A stretch of 64,000 nt of DNA from Cyanophora paradoxa CCMP329. Taxonomy: Eukaryota > Plantae > Glaucophyta. Position 1 is the stretch's first letter. Every line of letters begins with the position of its first letter. This document shows, piece after piece, positions 11,881 to 25,039 of the stretch. The stretch covers positions 124,001-188,000 of the forward strand of contig QPMI01000601.1 in the NCBI GenBank assembly GCA_004431415.1, given 5' to 3'. Position numbers and translations under genes: made by a program. Under the pieces are notes generated by a model. It did not search any database. It saw only the letters and a program-made list of their open reading frames with translations, and had not been told where the DNA came from.

Positions 11881-14800
11881 TCAGTCCTTCTTGCCGCCGG
11901 CGCCACCCTGCAGCAGCGCCTTGAGCAGCTCGTTCGTCGCCTGCGGGGGAAGCCTGAGGGGGCGCGGGGCGAACGAAGGGAGGGCGGGGCGGGCGGGGCG
12001 GCGCGCCACCCGCTCGCGCTCGGCCCGCGCCTCCGCTTTCGCGCGCTCCGCCGCCGCCCGCCCGCCTTCCTCGAGCCCCGGCCCCTCCCTCCTCCTCCCG
12101 TCCGAAGCCGACCCGCCGCCCCCCGCCTCTGCCTCGGGCGCCGCCGCCGGTCGCTTCGCGGCGGCGGCGCGCATCTGCGCGGACATTCAGCGCGGAAGCG
12201 GGAGGATGGGGCGGGGCGGGGCGGGGCGGGGCGGGGCGGGCCCGCTTCTGGAAGGCGGCGAGGCGCTCGCGGAGGGCGGGGAAGCGCCCGAAGAGGGGCG
12301 CCCCGACGGGCCCCGCCGCCGCCGAGGCCAGCGCCCCCAGCGCCCGGTTGCACGCCCCCCGCCCCTGCCACCTGCGCGCGAGCGGGCTCGAGGGGGGTAC
12401 GGGGGTCGAAGAGCGGGGCGGGCGTACCCGGGGACAGCCTCCGCGACGGCGCCTTCGGCTTCCTCCTCCGCGGCGCGAAGGGCGACCTCCAGGGACTCCG
12501 CTGGGTACAGATTCAAAACCCGGAGCGGGGGGGGGGGAGAGGGGCGGGGGTACGGCCGCGGACCGAGGGCGGAGGGGTACGGTTCACCGGCGAAGAGGGC
12601 GAGGAGGGCGAGCCAGGGAAGGGCGGGGCCGCCGGCCCACTCGGGCCGGGCTCTGCATTTCATCGCGGGGGTACGTTATTCGAGAAGGGGTACGGGGTGC
12701 GGGGCAGATCCCAGCACCGGATGGAGTCGATGAAAGAAAGGAGAGGTGGGACCTGGAAGGGGGTAACCAAGTCGCTCGGAGGGCGTCCGGGGTACGCGAA
12801 ATGGAGTGGAAGCAAGGGGGTACCTTGGCGAGGAAGAGGGCGACGTCGGAGGAGGAGAATGCGGCGGAGAGGAGGAACTGGTGCCAGGGGAGCTGCGGGG
12901 TAACGCAATTGGGGTCGGGACACGGGGAGCGAAGGACGGGGGAGGGCACCTGGACGGCGAGGTCGGCGTCGGGGCGCCGGGCGGCTGCGGGGCAGAGGAG
13001 GACGAGCGTGAGCCGGAGCAGACGGGGAGGGGCGGGGCAGGTGTCCAGAGGCGCCCTCACCTGCGATCACGACCTGCGGCCGGCGGGGGAGGGCGCGCGC
13101 GGTCGGCGGGGGAATACGCGAGAGGGGGGTACGCCCCCGGGCACCTGGAGGGCGCTGCGGACGACGCCCTCCTTCAGCAGCGCGGCCCCGGCGCCGCCGG
13201 AGTGACCGGGGCCCGTCCCCGGCCGCTGCTGCGCGTAGAACGAGAGCACCTGCGCGGGGGGCGCGTCGCGGGGGGTACACGGGGGGCCAGTTGGCAGCGC
13301 GGGCCTGGAGGAGGGCGAGAGACTCGGGGGCGGGGGCGGAATCGGCGCTGCAGGGGGGGTGATTGGCCTGAAAGGGGGTACGGGCGCGGGCGCGGGCGCG
13401 GGCCATGGGGTACCCATTGGCGAGGCCCTTGGCGGCGTCGAGGGCGAGGGGGGAGAGGCGGGAGGCCAGGAGGGGTAGGCGCTCGTCCACGCAGCGCCAC
13501 GTGGCCTGCGGGGGTACCGGTTTGAAACGAGGGAGAGGGCGGGGACACAGGGGCGCACGAGGACGGCGGCCGCGCCGGCGGCGGATCCGCAGGAGGCGGC
13601 GGCGGCGGCCCGCTCCTGTTGCAAGAGCCGCTTCAGTCTACGAGTGGAAATAGGACCGGCGCGGATTCGAACCTTGGACGAAGAGGCGCCAGCGGAGTGG
13701 GGCAGCACAGCGGCGACGGCAGCGGCGAGGATGGACACGGCCACCTGCGGGGAGGGGGGGGGGAAGGCGGGGGGTACGTGAGAGGGGAGGGTGAGAGGGC
13801 GGGGAGGAAGCGCCGGCCGCGCCTGGGAATCCTCGGAGGTGGCCCGGGCTGGCGGGCGGGCGGTCAGGGCGGGAGGGGTACGGGAGGGGCGGGGGTACCG
13901 AGCTGCAGAGGGCGAGGGCGCGGGGAGGAGGACGGGGAGCTCGTCCAGGCGGTGCAGGAGGCGGTCCCTGGGGTACGCGGATCAAGGGGTACAGATTAAA
14001 AGGACGAGGAGGGTACCGGAGGAGGAAGAGGAAGGAGCGGAAGCGTCGGGCGGCGAGGCGGGGAGCGCGGCGGCGGCGGCCGGCCCGCGCAGGGCGCCCG
14101 CGGCCGCGCACGCCGCCTCCGCCGCCCCGCTGTCCTCCCACGCCCTGCCCCGCCGCGATCAGCGCGGGGGGGAGGCGGGGGAGGGGGTACAGGGTACCGC
14201 CCGGAGGCGAGGAGGTCGTAGGAGAGGAACCCGACGAGGTCGTCGAGGCGCTCCTCGGGCGACGAGACCTCATCTGAGCCGAGGTTAGTTCAGGGGGGTA
14301 CAGGGTAGCCTCGCGGAAGGCCGGACGCACCAGCGGCGGGGACGGCGAGGGCCGCCGGCAGCTCGGAGTCGCCCTCCGCGGATTCGAACACGAAGTCATC
14401 CGGGTCCTCCTCGGCGGCCATGACGTCCTCCTGGGGGTACGCGTGAGGCGGAGGGGCGGGAGGTACGGGCTGAGGGGACGGGGGGCGGACCGGGGGCGGC
14501 CCCGGCGCAGTGGACGGGTCGGCGGCCTCGCCGCTCTCGACGGGGGGGCACTCCGGCGGGGGTACGCGGTAGTACCGGAGGGAGAGGGCGAGCTGCCGCG
14601 GGTCCTGCCTGCGCGGGGCGGGGGGTTCAGGGGCCGAGCGGAGGGCCCGGAGACGGCGGCGCACTGGATGAGCTGCGAGGTGAGGCGGACGAGGACGAGG
14701 CCGCAGAGGCGCCCGTACAGCTCGCCCAGCGCCGCCCCGTCGTACGAGAGGGCCGTGGCCGGCGCGGCCGGCGCGGAGGGCGGCCCGTCGGCCGCCGGCG

Positions 14801-15309
14801 CCGACGCCGCGTCCGCTGCGGGCCGCGTGAGGCGCGCTCGGAGCCGCGGCGCGCGAGGCGCACCCCCGGGCGTCTCGCCGGACCCGAATGCCGGCGCCGC
14901 TGCGAGGGACGCTCCCGCATTCTCGCCGCGCTCGGCGGTTTGCAGCGGCCGCGGGACGTCGGGAGCCGCCGACGCGGCGTAGCGCGTCGCTCCCCACACG
15001 ATTCCGGCGACGTAGGAGCGCTTGAGGGGCCAGATGAAGCGCCCGCGGTCGAGCTGCGCCCGCGCGCGAGCGGCGTTCAGCCAGCGCGGACGACCGCCCG
15101 GCGCGAATGCCGTCTCGCACGGCGCTTGCCGTCGTACCTCCTCCGTGACGCTCGCGACGTAGCCTCGCAGGTCCTGCGCGGCACGGACAGGTCGGCCTTC
15201 GCGTGCAGCCGGCGCGCGTGCACCGCACCTCGACAGAAACATGCGGAAAGTCGTACGTTAGCAACTCGTGGACCCTCGCGGGCGGCAGGAGCCGCAGCGG
15301 CGGGTCCAT
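11881..15309 (-). CDS. Multi-exon hypothetical protein (may be more than one gene)
   Basis: Coding-like exons (MDPPLRLLPPARVHELLTYDF; ALSYDGAALGELYGRLCGLVLV; EDVMAAEEDPDDFVFES; NELLKALLQGGAGGKKD*) separated by short GC-rich introns. No family recognised. Confidence 0.45.
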
Positions 15310-15396
15310 TTGTCAGAATTTTGTCTCGAGCCCCGGGTACAGCTGCAGAAGCATTCGAAGCCGTGAACGCTGCCGACCCAGCCGCGCGTCGCATTG

Positions 15397-16895
15397 ATGG
15401 AGTCATACAAGAAGATCGAGGCGGAATTCTTGGAGCGCCCTGTTGAGGGCGGCAAGGCGCTCGAGGCGAAGAGCGAGGCGTTCATCGGGACGCAGCCCAC
15501 GGGTGCGCGCCGCGCTCCGCGCCGCGCAACGCATCCTGCCGTGGTGGGCGCTCGCACGCAACGCTGGCGCCTTCGGCCGCTTTCGACGCCTCTGCGCCTG
15601 CTCGAGTCGCGCACGCGTTGCCCTCATCCTGGACGCCTTGCGTCTCGCGAACGCAGTTGTCATCGCTCGCGAGCTCGTCCCGGAGCAGCAGGAGGGCAAT
15701 TTCGAGCCAGCGCCGCCCCAACACAGGCGCTGGTCGCGGACCCGTGCGCCTCCAAACGACCGCGCGCGTCCGGTCCCTAATATCCGATCCGGTTCCTAAA
15801 ATCCGATCCCTCACGCGCGCATGCGTCGCAGAGGAGGAGGAGCCCGAGGCAGAGCGGCTTCCGGCGCCATACGGCGACGCCACGCTCAACGAGAAGGAGA
15901 AAATGCACGAGTTCCCGGAAATGCATGCTCGTGAGCCCAAGCAGTCTCACCGTGCGCGTCAGCGAATTGAGAAACACGCAGGTATTCTCGCGGAGGAGCT
16001 CGAGGCGAAGGCGCGCCTCGCCAAGGAGGCGACGACCCCAACTGAGGGTGGTCCGATGGCCGACCCCCAGTTCCCTCTGCGTCCGCATCCGCACTCAGTC
16101 ACATGGGTGAAAGAGGCGCGCCATCCCCTCGCAAATGAGCCCTTGAGAGCCCTGATTCGATCCATAGGAGCGCAAGGCGGCGGCCCCGGAAATTGACGCA
16201 CAGCGCCCGCTGAACAAGCAGGCGCGACTATTGGATGCCATAAGGATAACGCTCATCATTGTCGTGATTTGTCTCGGCAGGAGTACCACCACGAGGGCAA
16301 CCGCTCCAAGCTCGTCCACAGCGCCGAGTACGCGCCGTTGCCCGAGGTTCGCTATCTGCACTCGATTCGATGCTTTGCTCTCGGCCTGCAAACTAAATAA
16401 CGCGTCGCAGGCATGCAACGAGGCTGTTCGGCGCCTGGAGCAGCGCGAGGAGGCCGCCCAGAAGGCCCGCACGCCGCGCAGCAGCCCGCAAACGCGCGTG
16501 CAGCTCACTGTCGCGCAGGGCAGCCACGCGTTCAACCCGACGAGCGAGGAGCGCGCGGGCGGGCGCCACGCGAAGACGTCCGCGCACAAGGCCGAGGACC
16601 TGCGCGTGTGCCCCGCCGCCCTCTCCAAGCGGCCGCGCCGCTTTTAAGTTCGAGTTCAAACGCGGGCGGGCGCAGAACTTCGTGGAGCAGGAGTGCAAGC
16701 CGCTCGGACTCGCGCCGGGCGGCGGCGGGCAGGGCGTGGCCCAGGCCGCTGAGCCGGCGCAGGCCGCCCCGCAGGAGGGCCCCCAGCAGCTCTAGGGCCG
16801 AGGCAAGAGACCCCTCGCGATCGGCCCGCATGGTGTCGACGTCGACGCTCCGCGATCCGGATCCGCCTCCTTGGCGGCGGTTTCGCCTTCTGTAA
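15397..16895 (+). CDS. Multi-exon hypothetical protein
   Basis: MESYKKIEAEFLERPVEGGKALEAKSEAFIG, then exons EEEEPEAERLPAPYGDATLNEKEKMHEF.., ACNEAVRRLEQREEAAQK. 3' end approximate. Confidence 0.45.
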
Positions 16896-17229
16896 ATAGC
16901 TTCTAATTCTATAATTAATGTGAACTGCATGCTGCAGCCTCCTGCGAGTCCTCTTGGGCTCAAGCTGCCGGCGCCCCACACGACCCTTTGGTTTTAAAGC
17001 TAGCCCCCTCCGCGCGAGACACACCACTCCGCACGATCTAGAGGAGGAAAACTGCCGGTGAATACGATATGAAAAGAAGAAAGCTCAAAAGAAAGGGTGC
17101 AAATACACGACTGTCTGCGAAGATAAGGGGGCCGAGAGCGAACGAAAGAGATCGTGACGGAGGGGGACGGGGTGCGGGGCGGGGGGTCAGGAGCGGCGGG
17201 GACGAGGGAGAAAGGGGCCGCGCGGGGGG

Positions 17230-18811
17230 CTAGATCGGGGGCTCGCGGTCCCTGTCGCCTGCGGAGTGCGGGGAGCCGAGGCTGGCGGAGCGCGGGAGGA
17301 GCTCGCGGGCCAGCGGCAGCGGCGAGGGGCTCCCGGCGTCCCGGTCCCGGCCGGGCAGGAGCTCGGCGGGGGGCGGCGGCTCCTGCATCACCCGCTGCAT
17401 CGCGCGCTTGCTGTAGAAGGTCACCAGGACGACCGAGATGATCGTCAGCACCGTGCACACGCTCATCAGCACGATCTGCCGCCCCGCGGTCGGATCGGGG
17501 AGGGACCCAGATGAGCAAGCGGGGATGCCTGCGGCGGACCTGGCTCGTCTTGTCCTGGCCGGAGAGGCCCTTCGTGATGTCCGCGATGTCGTTCGCGGTC
17601 GAGCCTGGCGGGAGGGACGCGCCGGGGCTCAGCCGGCCGCGGCGCGGGACGGGAAGAGGAGGGAAGAAGAGAAGAAGGAAGGCCGCACCGACGTAGACGA
17701 AGAGCCACGTGCTCGGGAAGACGCCGGCGGCAGTCGCCATCGCGTAGTCGTGGAAGCGGATCTTGGTGACGGCGAGCATCTGCCGGCGGCGCTGGCTCGG
17801 CGCGCGGCGCGCTAAAAGAAGCGAGAGCGGAGCGGCCGCACGTAGTTGATGACGTTGAAGGGGAGGATGGGGGAGAGGCGGAGGAGGAAGACGATGCGCC
17901 AGCCCTGCTGCTCGATGGCGCGGTCCATGAGGAGGAACTTCGGGTGCGACTGCGCGAGCCTGCGCGACCGCGAAACGAAGCGAGCGCGGTCGGCGGCGCG
18001 GCGCGGCGCGGGAAGCGCCCCCCGTGGCGGCGTACCGCTCAACCAGGTCCGCAAGGAGCGTGCGGCCCAGAAGGAAGGCGAGGAGCGCGCCCAGCGTCTC
18101 CCCCACGAAGACGGCGATAGTCCCCAAGAACCAGCCGAAGAGGAAACCGGCGCTGCGCGAGGGGCGTCAGCTATCGCGAATCATGGCGCATGTGAATAGC
18201 GCACGAAGCGCGGCGCACCCGAAACAGAGAACGGAGCCCGGAAAGAGAATCACGGTGCAAATAGCGTGCGCGACGGCAAGTAATATAGGCCCGAGAATCC
18301 CCTGGTTCGAGATCCATTCCAGCACGATGGGAAGATAGCGGTCGAGCCTCAAAACCAGAACGCCCACTACCACGACTATTGATATGACAGTGATGAAAAC
18401 GATCCTTAGCCAGTTCAGATACGTTACTGCGGCGCGGGAACCAGCGGTTAGCTCGTGGGACGAGGGGACGGCGGCAAACTGGCGCAAGGCTAGCAGCGTC
18501 GCGCGCTGGTCCCAACGCGCAAGAATCGACCACGCACCTCCTCTGTACTTTCTCAACAGCCAGACCGGCGGCACGACCTTCGGATCTTCGTCGCGGTATG
18601 CCCGAGCAACGCGAACTGGGCCTGCGTGGTCCTCCGACCAGCTGCGCGATATGGCGTTGGAGCTGCGGCCGCTGCCACCACCAATGACAGGGCTGGTGCT
18701 GCGCCCAGCGCCGCCCGCGCGCTTCTGCCTTCGCTCGACATCCAGGGACAAATCCTGGCCCAGCAATCTTTCTCGCGCTTCTATATCCATTGCGGACACG
18801 TGGGGAGCCAT
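17230..18811 (-). CDS. TVP38/TMEM64-family (VTT/DedA, SNARE-associated) membrane protein
   Basis: ILFPGSVL.., AGFLFG..GTIAVFVGETLGALLAFLLGR, GWRIVFLLRLSPILPFNVINY, Y..ATAAGVFPSTWLFVYVG: canonical VTT-domain motifs. Confidence 0.9.
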
Positions 18812-19199
18812 ACACAGGCGCCCAGGGCGCCACTGGGCCAATGTCGCTGGCAGCCCTGGCTTTGCTCGTTGGCTCTGTCACGTTGTACCCCTCTCAAAGT
18901 TGTAGGCTTGTAGCCTTGTAGGCTTGTAGCTTGCCCAGGACAGCAGCGGGGTCTCGCCCGCCGCCACCTGACCGGCGGTGATGTCGATTCTCAAGCAGTT
19001 CGGCTGCTGCCTCCCGGTCCGTGGCCTGCCGCCGCTCACCTCCCGGTTGCCCGCGCCGAACTCACCGTCATCGCCGCAGCTAAAATGCAATAATCCTTCT
19101 CCTTGGCGCGCAACCGGCCTTGCTGAGCCCTCCACGCGCCGTCCGGAGGGCTCACACGCGTCCGCAGGTCGACCCCGCGCTCCAGCTACCGGAGCCCCA

Positions 19200-21050
19200 G
19201 GGATGACGACCTCGAGAACGAATTCCCAGAGGTGCGCTTTGATCGTCCTTCGTAAGCAGTCGAAGCGTTGACCCGCGCGCGCGTCCCGCAGCTCCGGCGG
19301 CAGCTTAGCTTCGGCACAGCCAACGCGGAGCAGCTGCGGCAGACGCTGCTGGCGGCCCTCCCGCCGCAGAGCCTCGGGCCGGCAGCGCGCGGCAGCGTCG
19401 GAGCGCCGGCCCCGCCGTCGGGCGCGAAAGAGCGCCGCACCGAGAACCTGCTGGAGCCCGACGAGCCGCCGCTCCCCGCCCCGTGGTCGGCGGGGGCGGA
19501 GACCGTAGCCGCGGAGCCGGCTGTGGCGCCGGGGCCGGCGTCGGAGACGCGGGCGCCGCAGTCGACGCCGGCGGAGGCGTCGCGGCGGTCGCTGGCGGCG
19601 AGCGAATCGCGGCGGACGCTGGTCGACGTGGCGGCCGAGGACCCGGCGCACACGGACGAGGGAGACTGCCCCTGCCAGGCCTGCAAGTCCGTCCGCCGCC
19701 TCCAGGCAACCTTTCGAGGTGCGCGCGCCTCCATCCCGCGCCCCGGCGCCGCCCACGCGCCTCCGCCAGGCCACAAGCTGCGCCGCGAGCTCAGCGGCCG
19801 CTCCCTCGTCCCCGGCGTCTGGAAGGTCCGATCCCGCTCCCCCCCCCCCTCCCGACCTCAATTGACTTACCCCCCGCGCGCCCGGCAGAACCTGCTGAAG
19901 CACGTGAACCGCGAGGCGGTCCGCAAGTACGCGGCCTCGGCGGAGCGGTGTACCCCCCGCCCGGGCTCCAGCCAGGGCAGCAGCCACTTCCGCCAATGGC
20001 GCATGGCCAACATCCTCTGCTCTGAGCTCGCCGAGGTGCCCCCCCCCTCCCCCCCCCTCTTCCCCCCCTCCCCCTTCCCCCTCCTCGATCTAGCGCCCAC
20101 GTTACCCCCTTCCCCAGGGCTCCTCCGAGGTGGAGGACGAAACGCTCCTGCTCGAGACCGAGCACTGGCTGGAGCTGTGCGTACCCCCCACCCCCCGGGC
20201 CCCCCTCTCAGGGAGGCTAAGGCGGCGCAGGACGGACGTGAAGCACCGGTACGGGTCGAACCTGTGCCCCTACTACCTCGCGTGGCGCTCCTCCGACACC
20301 ACGCAGCACTTCTTCGCCGTGCGCACCGGCGCCCGTACCACCCGCCCCGCGCGCCCACCCGCGGCCGCCTGAGGCCGGCGGGGCGGGCAGTGGCTGGACT
20401 CGGGGGAGGGGAAGGGGCTGGACCTGCCGGAGCGGCCGCGGGCGGTGCTGGAGGAGCAGCGCGTGACGTACTGCACCGAGGCCATGCGCGCCCAGTACGA
20501 GGCGCGCCGGGCCGGGGGCCGGCGGGAGGGGGGGCGGGCGGGCGGGCGGGGAGGGAGGCCCCCCCCGGCTCCGCCCTGACCCTATCTCCGCAGGTGGGCG
20601 TGGAGGACGGGACGGGCCGCCTGGTCTTCATCCACGACCGCCGCCCCGTGCGCGCGCGCGCGCGGGGCCCCTCCGCCTGCCCCTCCGCCCGCCTCCCCCC
20701 GACGCCCGCGCAGCTGCACACGCTGCTGGGCGAGGGCCCCGCGGAGGTCGAGGAGGACATGGCGAACACCGAGGAAGCGTGCGCTGGCCCCGCGCCCCGG
20801 GGCGCCAGCCGCCGAGGCGAGCGGGTGCCCGGGGCCAGGAAGCGGAAGCGGAACGAGAACAAGTGGATCTACGTCGTCAGCCCGGAATGGCGCATGCGCG
20901 CTCCGCCCCCGCCCCCGCCGCCCCGCCCCTTCCCCCGTGAGCGGCCGGCGGCAGGTACGTGGCTCGCAAGGTGCGGGGCCGCTTCCACCACTCCTCCTTC
21001 CTCTCGGGGGCCTCCGTCCTCGCCGCCGGTTCCCTCGTCGCCTCCCAGGT

Positions 21051-21082
<32 letters not shown>

Positions 21083-21918
21083 AGGCTGCCCCCGCACCCA
21101 GCCGGCCCTGACCTACCTCCTCCTTCGAAGGGCCGCCTGCTGAAGCTCACCGCCTTCTCCGGCCACTGCGCGCCCCCTCCCGCCGCCCCGCTCCCCCTTT
21201 CCTCACGCGCGGGCCCCGCGCAGACAAGCCGCGCCCGGAGGACTTCCACCGCTTCGTCGAGCGCCTCCACGCCCAAAACGTCCCCCTCGACCAGGCCCGC
21301 CCCGCCCCTGCCCCCGCGCCCGTGCCCCCCCGCGCCCGGCCGGCCGACGGTCGCGGGGGCGCAGTGCAAGCTGAAGGAGAGCAAGGACCCCGCCCGCCTC
21401 GCCGAGAAGGCCGCCATCAAGGCCCGCCCCGCCCCCCTTTCAGAGAGGGCGCGCGCGCGCTCGTGCTCTGATCCGACCCGGTGGCCCCGCAGGCGGCGAA
21501 GAAGAAGGCAGCGGGGGTCGAGGGCGCCGAGGGCCCCGCCTCCTCCCCCCGAGCCGCCCCCGCCCCGGCCCCCGCCCCCGCCCTCGCCCCCGCCCTCGCC
21601 CCCATCTCCGAGGCCTCCGCAGCACCGGTGCGCGCTGGCGCCTCTGGTGGTGGGACGGGGCGGGGCGCTCTGACGCGCCCGGCAGGCCGCGGGCCCTGCG
21701 CCGCCGTCGCCCGTCGAGTCCCCCGCCCGCCCTCGCCGGTCGAGGAGCCGGCCCGGCCCCGGCGGCCCCGCCCCCGGCCCGCCGGCGAGGGGCCGGCCAA
21801 GCCTGCGGCCGCCGTGTCCGCCGCCGCCGCCGCCGCTTCGGGCGCCGGCTCGACGCCGTCCGCGTCCCCGGCCGGCTCCCCCGCGGGGGGTAAGAAGCGG
21901 AACAAGAAGAAGAAGTGA
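19200..21918 (+). CDS. IQM-family-like (plant IQ-motif-containing protein domain) protein, multi-exon; start uncertain
   Basis: HWLEL..D.KHRYGSNL..YY..W, WLDSGEGK..DL, KWIYVVS, RGRFHHSSFLSG..VLAAGSL, SGHYKP are hallmark motifs of the IQM domain. Ends KKRNKKKK* at 21918. Confidence 0.8.
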
Positions 21919-22070
21919 GGGGGGAGCGGCTCGGCCGCGCCTCCCCGCAGCCCATTTGAAAACTCGCCACCCAGTATATACGTAGCTTCGCGCCCGCCAG
22001 CAGCAACCGAACCCAGTACCTGCATCGAGTCCGAGCAGCTCTATTTTCAACACGAACAGACCGCTCTCCC

Positions 22071-24849
22071 TCATGCCTGGGAGCAGGGCGAGGGCGGGGG
22101 CGGCGGGGGCGGCGGCGGCGGCGGGTGCCCGTGCGCATGCAGCCGCTCGGGGCTGTACCGGTGCTCGGCCGAGCGCACGAGGCCGTGGAACGACCCGAAG
22201 CGCGCCTCCGCCTCTGCGCCGGTGCACGTTGGATCAGAGGGAGCCTCAGAGGGGGCGCTGGGCGGGCGGGGCCGGGGACCTTCGGGGGGTAGGGCGTCCA
22301 GGCCCCCTTCTTCCCGGTCCGCATCCTCCTCGTCGAACCCGTACCCCGATGCGCTGTTCAGGGTACGGGGCTGGGGCTGAGTCCTGGGAGGAAGCGGGGA
22401 CGGGCGGAGCCCTTACCCGGCGGCCCGCGGGGGGAAGATCCGGCGGACGGCGTACCCCGTATGCCGCTCGACGGGCACGCGGTCGGCTGCGGGGGTACGC
22501 ATCAAGCGGGTCGGAGAAGTGGGTAGAGAGAAGCAGCGCACGCCCGGCCCCCCGGATGAGGGCCCTCAGGTCGGCGGGGTACATGCGCTGCCCGTGCCGC
22601 GCGCCGGCGGCCGTGGAGATCGATTCATTCAGCTGCGCAAGCACGCGGGGGCTTTGTTCAGCCCGGATGGGGTACAGGCTCCGAAGGCAAGCGCACTAGC
22701 GTGCCGCCCAGGTCGTTGACACCCGCATTCAGGAGCTGCAAGGGGAAGGGTACGCGGTTCACAACGCGCGGGGGTACGTAGAATCGGAGAGCGCACCAGC
22801 TGGGCCATGCGGGGGCCCTCCTTGACCCACGAGACTTGCAGGCTGCGGCGGGGAAGTGCTCGATAAAGAGGCGTGCATCAGGCCTCGGCCCCCTGCAGCG
22901 CACTTCGGGATGCTGCTGGAGAGCATGAGGCGCGCCACGGCGTGGACCTTCAGCACGTCTGCCGGCGCCGCCACTAGTGAGGGGCCAGGGGCGGGGCGGG
23001 GGGCCAGCCGCGCGCGCGCACCGGCGCCGGAGGGGCCCCGCCGCACCCCCGCGATGCGCCGCCGCGGGTCGGCGCTCGAGCTCATCGGCGCCTCTGCGCC
23101 GCCGTCAGGGCGTTGGAGAGGGGTACATGTTTTGGATGCGGACCCGAGTGGACGTAGGAGAGGGGTACGAACTCCGTGAAGCCGCCCGTCACACGCTGAG
23201 GATAGGGGAATCGTGACGGGGAGGAGCGCGGGGGGCGGAGGAGCGGAGGGGGCGGGGGGGGGGGGGGGCCAAGTCAAGGGGGTACGGAGGTACCTGGATG
23301 CCCCGCAGCAAGTCCAGGTGCGCCGCGACCTGCGCGGGGTACCAGGTTTAAGACCGACTCGGAAACCAAAATGAAGCCGGGGTACCTGCTCAGCAGACTC
23401 CGCAAAGCCAAACATCCTGCAGGAGGGGGGGAAGGGGGCGAGGGGGTAAGGCGGGGACGAGTAACCCCCCGCCCAGCGACCCCCCGCACATGGTCGACGT
23501 CGTCGGTATCCCCAGCTCGTGCGCCGTCGTGATCACCTGCGATGGGGAGGGGGTGCGTGAGGCGGCGCAGAGGCGGGCCCCGGCTCCGATGGGGGTACCT
23601 GCTTCCAGTTCTCGACGGAGATGCGGCCGGGGGATACCACGTCCCGCAGGCGCTGGTCCAGGATCTCCGCGGAGGTGCCTGCGCGCAGTGAGGGGTACGC
23701 GAAAATCGAATTGAGGGGCGGGAGAGGGGGGTACCCGGGAGGCTGCCGACGCCGGCGGCGCGGAGGCGCAGGAGGAAATCGCGCACGGTAGCCCCCGATC
23801 GCTTCGCCCCGTACAGCACCTGAGGGGACGAATGGATATCAAAAGGGGTACAGCGTGAGCGGCGGCGGCGGGGGTACGGGGGCACTTCTTCGGGGGAGAA
23901 GCCGTGGATGTGCATGTCGGGCAGCGCGTCCTTGATCGCGACGCAGATTCGCTCGTAGAGGTCTGGGAAGGGGTACGCCAAGGGTCAAGGGGTACGGAGT
24001 AGTACGGGGGCGGGCCGCGCGCACCGCCGGGCATGCGAGGGGGCAGGCCGGCCTGGCGGAGGGGGGCGGGTCAGGCACAGAAGCGGAGCGGGCCGGGCCG
24101 GCACGTCTCACCTGCACGCAGACCTCTGCGGCCGGACGCAGCGCGCCGGCGGGCGTCACGGGCGGGCGGCGCGGGGCGGGGACCGGGCCGGGGCGCTGTG
24201 CACCGGTAGCCCCCAGCTGGTGGGCCTCGCGGGCGCGCCGTACGACCTCGTCGACGGGGAGCCAGTACCCCTCGCCCTCGCGGCTCCCGCGGCTGAAGGC
24301 GCAGAACCCGCACCGCTTCACGCAGACATTCCTGCGCGGGGCCCGCCGGGCGCTCGGCGCTCCAGGGCGCTCGGCGGGTCGGTCGAACATGCGCACGTGA
24401 AGTTGATGTTTCGGTTCTGCACGGGGATGCACGGGGCGTGGCAGCGGGTCGGCACGTGCAAGCTTAAACGCGGCGCGCCGAGTGCGGGGCGCGCACGACG
24501 ACGTATGTGACGCGAGGCCCGACGTGCCGCCTCCTCAGCTCGTCCGCCGCAGCAGCGAGCGCGGCGATCTCGGCGCCCGATCCGCACTGCAGCAGCATCG
24601 CTCCCTGCTCCGCACTGATGTCCCGCCCGCTGAGCGCCTGCGCGCCGGGCGCTCCGGGCGGTAAGGCTCGACGCTTTGATGCACCAAGCTCAACGCCGCG
24701 CGCGTGCGCACCTCGTGCAGGGCGCTGGCGACGGACGGAGCGATGTTCGCCAGCAGCCGCTCGAGCTCGCCGGCGCCGCTAGCATGCGCCGCGAAGCTCG
24801 AGAGGCCGGCGGTGCCCGCCGCGAGCTGGCTGAGCGCCCGCGTCTGCAT
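22071..24849 (-). CDS. cofH: Radical SAM FO (7,8-didemethyl-8-hydroxy-5-deazariboflavin) synthase subunit CofH, multi-exon
   Basis: NRNINFT/NVCVKRCGFCAFSR (CxxxCxxC), GATEVCVQ, HIHGFSPEE, GVGSLPGTSAEILD, AHELGIPTTSTMMFG, HAVARLML, GVNDLGGTL..ESISTAAGA.HGQ. Confidence 0.85.
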
Positions 24850-25039
24850 TTTGCCGCGACTCGACGGGTACCGGTACTGGTTCCGATCGCTTGGCCGCCC
24901 GGCAGTTATCCCACTGGGCCACGCCGCCTGCAACTCGACTGCGCATGCGCTCTTCATCGCTGGGTGAAGTCTACGTCGAGCGATTGGCTCGGGATTCTGA
25001 AAGCCGCGACCTCGAGCTCACCAGCTGCAGCCCCTCCTG

